The position numbers were made by a program, and so were the translations under genes. A stretch of 58,787 nucleotides of DNA, counting the filler. It is 4 parts of 4 records of this genome, joined end to end, with 100 filler letters (N's around TTAATTAATTAA, not from the genome) between each part and the next. Parts side by side here need not be neighbours in the genome. Positions count along the whole stretch, not along the records: positions 47,613 to 58,787 come from DRR723986_4070; 3 more parts are not named here. One strand, written 5' to 3'. How positions within the stretch are numbered: position 1 is the first letter of the stretch; the number at the start of each line of letters is the position of its first letter. Under the pieces are notes generated by a model. That model saw only the letters and a program-made list of their open reading frames with translations, made no database searches and had not been told where the DNA came from. Positions 53,386 to 58,787 of the stretch are shown one piece after another.

Positions 53386-54392
53386 CGACTCTGATCTGGG
53401 GCGCCGGGGCCATCGGCGGCATCATCGGCGCCTACCTCGCCCGCGCGGGCCATGCCGTCCACATGGTCGACATCGTGCCCGAGCACGTCGAGGCGATGCG
53501 CACCACCGGCCTGCGGATCGAAGGCCCGGTCGAAGAGTTCACGCAGGTCCTGCCCGCCTTCACGCCCCAAGAGGTGCGCGGCACCTACGGACGCATCATC
53601 CTTGCGGTGAAGGCCCATCACACCGCAGAGGCGCTGGAGCAGCTTCTGCCGCATCTGGCAGAGGACGGCTATGTGGTCTCGGCGCAGAACGGGTTGAACG
53701 AGCGCGTGATCGCAGAGCGCATCGGCGCGGCGCGCACGCTTGGCTGTTTCGTCAACTTCGGCGCCGACTGGATCGGGCCGGGGCAGATCCTCTATGGCAA
53801 CCGCGCCGCCGTCGCGGTCGGAGAGCTGGACGGCCAGATCAGCAACCGCGCCCATGCGGTCCACGCGCTCTTGTCCATCGTCGAACCCGACGCGGTGCTG
53901 ACCGACAACATCTGGGGCTATCTCTGGGGCAAGATGGGCTACGGCGCGCTGCTCTTCTGCACCGCGCTGACGCCCGACAGCATGTCCGACGCCATGGCGC
54001 GGCCCGAACACCGCGCCGCCTACGAGGCCCTGGGGCACGAGGTCATGACGCTGGCCGCCGCCGAGGGGGTGAAGCCGCTCGGCTTCAACGGCTTCGACCC
54101 AGAGGCCTTCCGCACGCGGGATCGCGCCGGCATGGACCGCGCGATGGAGACCATGATCGCCCACAACCGCAAGACCGCGAAGACCCATTCCGGCATCTGG
54201 CGCGACCTCGCGGTGCGCAAGCGCAAGACCGAAGTGGATGCGCAGATCGGCATCATGGTCGGCCTCGCCGAGGCGCATGGACTGAAGGTGCCGGTGCTGG
54301 CGCGCATGGTCGAGCTGATCCACGCCATCGAAGAGGGACGCCGCGCGCAATCCTCCGCGCTGGTCGACGCATTGGTGCCGCTGTGCGTGTAG
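53382..54392 (+). CDS. Ketopantoate reductase (PanE/ApbA)-family oxidoreductase
   Basis: WGAGAIGG, AVKAH, SAQNGL, LWGK, RD...TEVD. Confidence 0.88.
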   Translation: MTTLIWGAGAIGGIIGAYLARAGHAVHMVDIVPEHVEAMRTTGLRIEGPVEEFTQVLPAFTPQEVRGTYGRIILAVKAHHTAEALEQLLPHLAEDGYVVSAQNGLNERVIAERIGAARTLGCFVNFGADWIGPGQILYGNRAAVAVGELDGQISNRAHAVHALLSIVEPDAVLTDNIWGYLWGKMGYGALLFCTALTPDSMSDAMARPEHRAAYEALGHEVMTLAAAEGVKPLGFNGFDPEAFRTRDRAGMDRAMETMIAHNRKTAKTHSGIWRDLAVRKRKTEVDAQIGIMVGLAEAHGLKVPVLARMVELIHAIEEGRRAQSSALVDALVPLCV

Positions 54393-55129
54393 AGCTTTCG
54401 GGGCAGGTCTTTGCCGTGACCGGCGCGGCGCAGGGCATCGGCGACGCCATCTGCCGCGCCCTGACAGGGGCCGGCGCCACGGTAGCAGCGCTGGACATCG
54501 ACGCCGCCGGCATGGCCGGGCTGGACGTGGCCTCGCATCACACCGCCGACCTCGGCTCTCGCGAGGGCGCGCAGCATGCGCTCGCCGAAGTGATCGAGGC
54601 CCACGGCCGCATCGACGGCCTCGTCTGCTCCGCCGGGGGTGTGCGCGGGCAGGTCGGCCGCCCCATCGAAGAGATCCGCGAGGACGACTGGCGCGCGATC
54701 TTCGCCGCCAATGTCGACGCCGCCATGTGGTGCGCGCAGGCCGTGGCGCCAGGCATGAAGGCCCGCGGCCACGGGCGCATCGTCACGATTTCCTCGGGCG
54801 CCGGACTGCGGCCCTCGCTGACCGGCATTCAGGCCTATGCCTCGGCCAAGCACGCGCTGGTCGGGCTGACGCGGCAGTTGGCGCTGGAACTGGGGCCATC
54901 GGGGATCACCGTCAATTCCGTCGCGCCGGGCTTCGTCCTTTCGAACCCCTCGACGGAACGGCAATGGGAGGCTTTCGGCCCCGAGAAGCAGCAATCGGTC
55001 CTGAACGGCATCCACACCCGCCGCCTTGGCCGCCCCGAGGATATCGCCGCGGCGGTCTGCTTCCTTGCCGCGCCGCAGGCGGAATGGATCAGCGGGCAGG
55101 TTCTGTCCGTGGATGGAGGACACGCATGA
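54383..55129 (+). CDS. Short-chain dehydrogenase/reductase
   Basis: TGAAQGIG, ISS, YASAK, VNSVAPG, GQVLSVDGG. Confidence 0.92.
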   Translation: MRVELSGQVFAVTGAAQGIGDAICRALTGAGATVAALDIDAAGMAGLDVASHHTADLGSREGAQHALAEVIEAHGRIDGLVCSAGGVRGQVGRPIEEIREDDWRAIFAANVDAAMWCAQAVAPGMKARGHGRIVTISSGAGLRPSLTGIQAYASAKHALVGLTRQLALELGPSGITVNSVAPGFVLSNPSTERQWEAFGPEKQQSVLNGIHTRRLGRPEDIAAAVCFLAAPQAEWISGQVLSVDGGHA

Positions 55130-56022
55130 GCGATCAACCCTGGCAATGGGACGAACCCACATGGCGCGGCAAGGTGAACGCCGTGCGCGCCGGACGCTGC
55201 CTGAAGCCCGAAACATGGCCCGGCGGCGCCCGCTGCGCCGTGGCGCTCAGCTTCGACAGCGACCACGAGACCAACGAGTTGCGGGACGGCGCCACCTCCG
55301 TCGCGCGGCTCAGCTGGGGCGAATACGGCACCCGGCAGGGCGTGCCGCGCATCCGCAAGGTGCTGGACCGCTTCGGCGCCAAGGCCAGCTTCTTCGTGCC
55401 CGCCGTCTCGGCGCTTCTGCACCCCGAGGAGCAGGCCGCCCTGGCCGCCGAGGGGCATGAGATCGGCCTGCACGGCTGGATCCACGAGCGCAACACGGAG
55501 CTTCCCGCCGAGGTGGAGCGCGACCTGATGCTGCGCTCCGCCGACACGCTCGAGACGATCACCGGCCAGCGTCCCGTGGGGATGCGCACGCCCTCTTGGG
55601 ACTATTCCGCCGCCACGCTGACCATCGCCCGCGAGATGGGGCTGCTCTATGACAGTTCGCTCTTCGCCGATTACGAGCCTTACGAGATCGTGCAGGACGG
55701 CGAGCCCACCGGCATCGTCGAGCTTCCCGTCGAATGGATCCGGGACGACGCGCCCTATTTCATGATGAACCGCTTCGGCGCGCAGCGGCCCTACACGCCG
55801 CCTGAGGCCGTGCTGGACATCTTCCGCCGCGAGTTCGACGGCGCCTACGACGACGGCGGGCTGTTCCTGCTGACCATGCACCCGCACATCACCGGCTACC
55901 GCTCGCGGATCTTCATCCTCGAAGAGCTTCTCGACCACATCACCGCCAAGGGCGATTGCTGGATCGCCACCCACGCGGACATCGCCCGCTACTGCGCCGA
56001 GCAGGCGGGCCTGAAAGGCTGA
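55126..56022 (+). CDS. CE4/polysaccharide deacetylase-family hydrolase (PuuE/HpPgdA-like, no signal peptide)
   Basis: SFDSD, EYG, SFFVP, HEIGLHGWIH, RTPSW, YDSS, TMHP. Confidence 0.88.
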   Translation: MSDQPWQWDEPTWRGKVNAVRAGRCLKPETWPGGARCAVALSFDSDHETNELRDGATSVARLSWGEYGTRQGVPRIRKVLDRFGAKASFFVPAVSALLHPEEQAALAAEGHEIGLHGWIHERNTELPAEVERDLMLRSADTLETITGQRPVGMRTPSWDYSAATLTIAREMGLLYDSSLFADYEPYEIVQDGEPTGIVELPVEWIRDDAPYFMMNRFGAQRPYTPPEAVLDIFRREFDGAYDDGGLFLLTMHPHITGYRSRIFILEELLDHITAKGDCWIATHADIARYCAEQAGLKG

Positions 56023-56026
56023 CACC

Positions 56027-56962
56027 ATGACAGACCGACCCTATGCGCTTGCCATCCACGGCGGGGCAGGCACCATCCTGAAATCCACCATGACCCCCGA
56101 GCGGGAAGAGGCCTACAAGGCCGGCCTGCGCACCGCGCTGGAGGCGGGCGAGGCGGTGCTGCGCGCGGGCGGATCGGCCCTCGACGCGGTGACGGCTGCG
56201 GTCTGCGCGCTGGAGGACGAACCGCTCTTCAACGCCGGGCGCGGCGCCGTCTTCACGACCGCCGGCAAGCAGGAGATGGACGCCGCCGTGATGGACGGGC
56301 GCGACCGCAGCACCGGCACCGTGGCCAGCATCTTCGGCCCCAAGAATCCCGTGAAACTGGCGCGGCTGGTGATGGAGACGACGCCGCATGTCTGCATGAC
56401 CGGCCCGCATGTGCTCGATCTGGGGCGCGCGGCCGGGCTGGACTTCCCCGAACCGGACTATTTCTTCACGCAGGCGCGCTGGGACGCGCTGCAGGATACG
56501 CTGGCGATGCAGGCCAAGGGCGAGGACGACGAGGACCCCGCCCGCCGTCACGGCACCGTGGGCGCGGTGGCCTGCGACCGGCAGGGCAACCTTGCCGCCG
56601 CCACCTCCACCGGCGGCTGGACCGGCAAGATGCCGGGCCGGATCGGCGACACCCCGATGCCCGGCGCGGGCAACTTTGCCGACAACGCCACCTGTGCGGT
56701 CTCCGGCACGGGCCATGGCGAGGTCTTCATCAAGTATACCGCCGGGGCCGAGATCGCAGCGCGGATGCGCCACCGGGGCGAAAGCGTCGAAGAGGCCGCG
56801 CGCCATGTGGTGATGGAAGACCTCGGCCGGAACGACGGCTCGGGCGGGGTGATCGCGGTGGATGCGCAAGGCACCCTGACGCTGCCCTTCAACTCCGAAG
56901 GCATGTATCGCGGCTGGGTGCGCGAGGGCGCGGCCCCCGAGGTCGCCATCTACCGGGACTGA
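56027..56962 (+). CDS. iaaA: Isoaspartyl peptidase/L-asparaginase (Ntn hydrolase)
   Basis: AIHGGAG, FNAGRG, HGTVGAVA (Thr nucleophile), ATSTGG, GRIGD, TGHGE. Confidence 0.92.
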   Translation: MTDRPYALAIHGGAGTILKSTMTPEREEAYKAGLRTALEAGEAVLRAGGSALDAVTAAVCALEDEPLFNAGRGAVFTTAGKQEMDAAVMDGRDRSTGTVASIFGPKNPVKLARLVMETTPHVCMTGPHVLDLGRAAGLDFPEPDYFFTQARWDALQDTLAMQAKGEDDEDPARRHGTVGAVACDRQGNLAAATSTGGWTGKMPGRIGDTPMPGAGNFADNATCAVSGTGHGEVFIKYTAGAEIAARMRHRGESVEEAARHVVMEDLGRNDGSGGVIAVDAQGTLTLPFNSEGMYRGWVREGAAPEVAIYRD

Positions 56963-56980
56963 GCCGCCACGCGCCCCCCG

Positions 56981-57011
56981 ACGCGCGGCGCCCCCACCGC
57001 CGCGCGTTCTT
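56981..57011 (+). terminator. Probable terminator
   Basis: ACGCGCGGCG-CCCCCAC-CGCCGCGCGT-TCTT. Confidence 0.6.
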
Positions 57012-57168
57012 ACCATAAGTCTCATTACCGGCGCGCCATGCCGCGCACGGCCACGGCCCGCCCCGGCGCGACCGATTCCCGCCAGACGTTGACCCCACCG
57101 CAACGGGGTGCTTCACCTTTTACGCAAGGGAGGACGGGCCGATGCCCGCCCGGCGGGAGGATGACGCG

Positions 57169-58787
57169 ATGACGGACGACAGCGGCGACGGGCGCGGGAT
57201 GCGCAAGGGCCTGACCAGCTACGGCGACAAGGGCTTCTCGCTCTTCCTGCGCAAGGCCTTCATCAAGGGCATGGGCTACACCGACGACGCGCTCGACCGG
57301 CCCGTCATCGGCATCGCCGACACCGGCAGCGGCTACAACGCCTGCCACGGCAACATGCCCGATCTGGTCGAGGCGGTCTCGCGCGGGGTGCTGCTGGCGG
57401 GCGCCCTGCCGATCCGCTTTCCCACGATCTCGGTCCACGAAAGCTTTGCCCATCCGACCAGCATGTTCCTGCGCAACCTCATGGCCATGGACACCGAAGA
57501 GATGATCCGCGCGCAGCCCATGGACGCGGTCGTGCTCATCGGCGGTTGCGACAAGACGGTCCCGGCGCAGCTCATGGGCGCGGCCTCGGCCGGGGTGCCC
57601 GCGATCCAGCTGGTGACCGGGCCGATGCGCACCGGCGCGCATCGTGGCACGCGGGTCGGGGCCTGCACCGATTGCCGTCGCTTCTGGGGCCTGCACCGCG
57701 CCGGAGAGGTGGACGCCGCCGAAATCGCCGAGGTCAACGACGCCCTCGTCCCCGGCGTCGGCACCTGCGGCGTCATGGGCACCGCCTCGACCATGGCGCT
57801 TGTGGTCGAGGCCCTTGGCATGATGGCGCCCGGGGGCGCGGCGGCCCCCGCCACCTCCGCCGACCGGCGCCGCATCGCGGAGCGCAGCGGCACGCTGGCG
57901 GTGCAGATGGCGGCCAGCGGCCTGACCCCCGACCGGATCATGACGGCCGAGGCCTTCGAGAACGCGCTGACGGTGCTGCTGGCCTGCGGCGGCTCGACCA
58001 ATGCGATCATCCACCTGACCGCCATGGCCGGGCGCATGGGCCTGCGCATCGACCTCGACCGCTTCGACCGGATCGGGCGCAGGGTGCCGGTGCTGGTGGA
58101 CCTCAAGCCGTCGGGCAAGGGCTACATGGAGGATCTGCACGACGCAGGCGGTCTGGCCCCGCTGCTGCGCGAGATCCGCGATCACCTGCATCTCGACTGC
58201 CTCACCGTCACCGGGCGCACGCTGGGCGAGGAACTGGACGCCGCCCCCGCGGGCTTTGCGCAGACGGTGGTGGCAGCGCGCGACACACCGCTCAGCGCCG
58301 AGGGCGGCATGGCGGTGCTGCGCGGCAACCTCGCCCCGCGCGGCGCGATCATCAAGCAGTCGGCGGCCAGCCCCGACCTGATGCGCCACACCGGCCGCGC
58401 CGTGGTCTTCGCCTCGGTCGAGGACATGGCAGAGCGCGTCGACGACCCGGCTCTGAAGGTCGATGCGCAAAGCGTGCTGGTCCTGCAGAACGCCGGACCG
58501 AAGGGCGCCCCGGGCATGCCGGAGGCGGGCTACATGCCGATCCCGAAGAAGCTGGCGCAGGCCGGGGTGCGCGACATGGTCCGGATCTCGGACGCGCGGA
58601 TGAGCGGCACCGCCAGCGGCACCATCGTGCTGCACATCACCCCCGAGGCGGCGGACGGCGGCCCCCTCGCGCTGGTGCGCGACGGCGACGAGATCGCGCT
58701 GGACGTGTCCGCGCGCAGCCTGTCGCTGCTGGTGGAGGAGGCCGAACTCGACCGCCGCCGCGCCTCCCTGCGGCCCCGCCCCACGCC
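57169..58787 (+). CDS. IlvD/Edd-family dehydratase (runs off the window end; absent from ORF track)
   Basis: GGGAGG RBS; MTDDSGDGRGMRKGLTSYGD...YNACH...RNLMAMD...GGCDKT...GTCGVMGTASTM...GGSTN...GPKGAPGMPE...SDARMSGT. Confidence 0.93.
   Translation, partial: MTDDSGDGRGMRKGLTSYGDKGFSLFLRKAFIKGMGYTDDALDRPVIGIADTGSGYNACHGNMPDLVEAVSRGVLLAGALPIRFPTISVHESFAHPTSMFLRNLMAMDTEEMIRAQPMDAVVLIGGCDKTVPAQLMGAASAGVPAIQLVTGPMRTGAHRGTRVGACTDCRRFWGLHRAGEVDAAEIAEVNDALVPGVGTCGVMGTASTMALVVEALGMMAPGGAAAPATSADRRRIAERSGTLAVQMAASGLTPDRIMTAEAFENALTVLLACGGSTNAIIHLTAMAGRMGLRIDLDRFDRIGRRVPVLVDLKPSGKGYMEDLHDAGGLAPLLREIRDHLHLDCLTVTGRTLGEELDAAPAGFAQTVVAARDTPLSAEGGMAVLRGNLAPRGAIIKQSAASPDLMRHTGRAVVFASVEDMAERVDDPALKVDAQSVLVLQNAGPKGAPGMPEAGYMPIPKKLAQAGVRDMVRISDARMSGTASGTIVLHITPEAADGGPLALVRDGDEIALDVSARSLSLLVEEAELDRRRASLRPRPT

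Noticed and set aside
55126-56022. Exopolysaccharide or peptidoglycan deacetylase role
   Set aside because: No signal peptide and it sits in a cytoplasmic catabolic operon; small-molecule hydrolase is more plausible

Overview
Four unrelated contigs of a high-GC Rhodobacteraceae (Roseobacter-group-like) assembly, joined by artificial 100-nt N/TTAATTAATTAA linkers at 12299-12398, 32444-32543 and 47513-47612; no synteny should be inferred across them. Contig 1 (1-12298): a PhyH dioxygenase plus PhnZ-like HD gene pair, DUF2853, SDR, a candidate sRNA, the conserved tsaD-gpsA-yciI-EVE-DUF1761 and hemD-mic60-hemY blocks, tRNA-Thr, dinB, an N-formylglutamate amidohydrolase and a truncated tRNA. Contig 2 (12399-32443): tandem ABC exporters, an RlmD-like methyltransferase, a bacterial Nav channel, an L,D-transpeptidase/CAP/small-protein envelope cluster, hemH, comF-grxC-nitrilase-marR, ubiG, pip, a family-5 ABC importer, an acidic orphan and the 3' end of hslU. 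Contig 3 (32544-47512): glycogen operon glgP-B-C-A-X-malQ-pgm, an orphan and an Frc-type sugar ABC. Contig 4 (47613-58787): a GntR-associated catabolic locus (family-5 ABC; creatininase, PanE-like, SDR, CE4 and isoaspartyl peptidase enzymes) and an IlvD/Edd dehydratase. No integrase, transposase, prophage or CRISPR array was seen. Best leads, all hypotheses: a 63-aa secreted, C-terminally anchored protein beside L,D-transpeptidases (possible membrane-peptidoglycan tether); the contig-4 pathway with its operator repeats; tandem DnaA-box-like motifs written in rare codons inside both ABC exporters; the PhnYZ-like pair; and two candidate structured RNAs. All family calls are from motif recognition by eye, without database searches.
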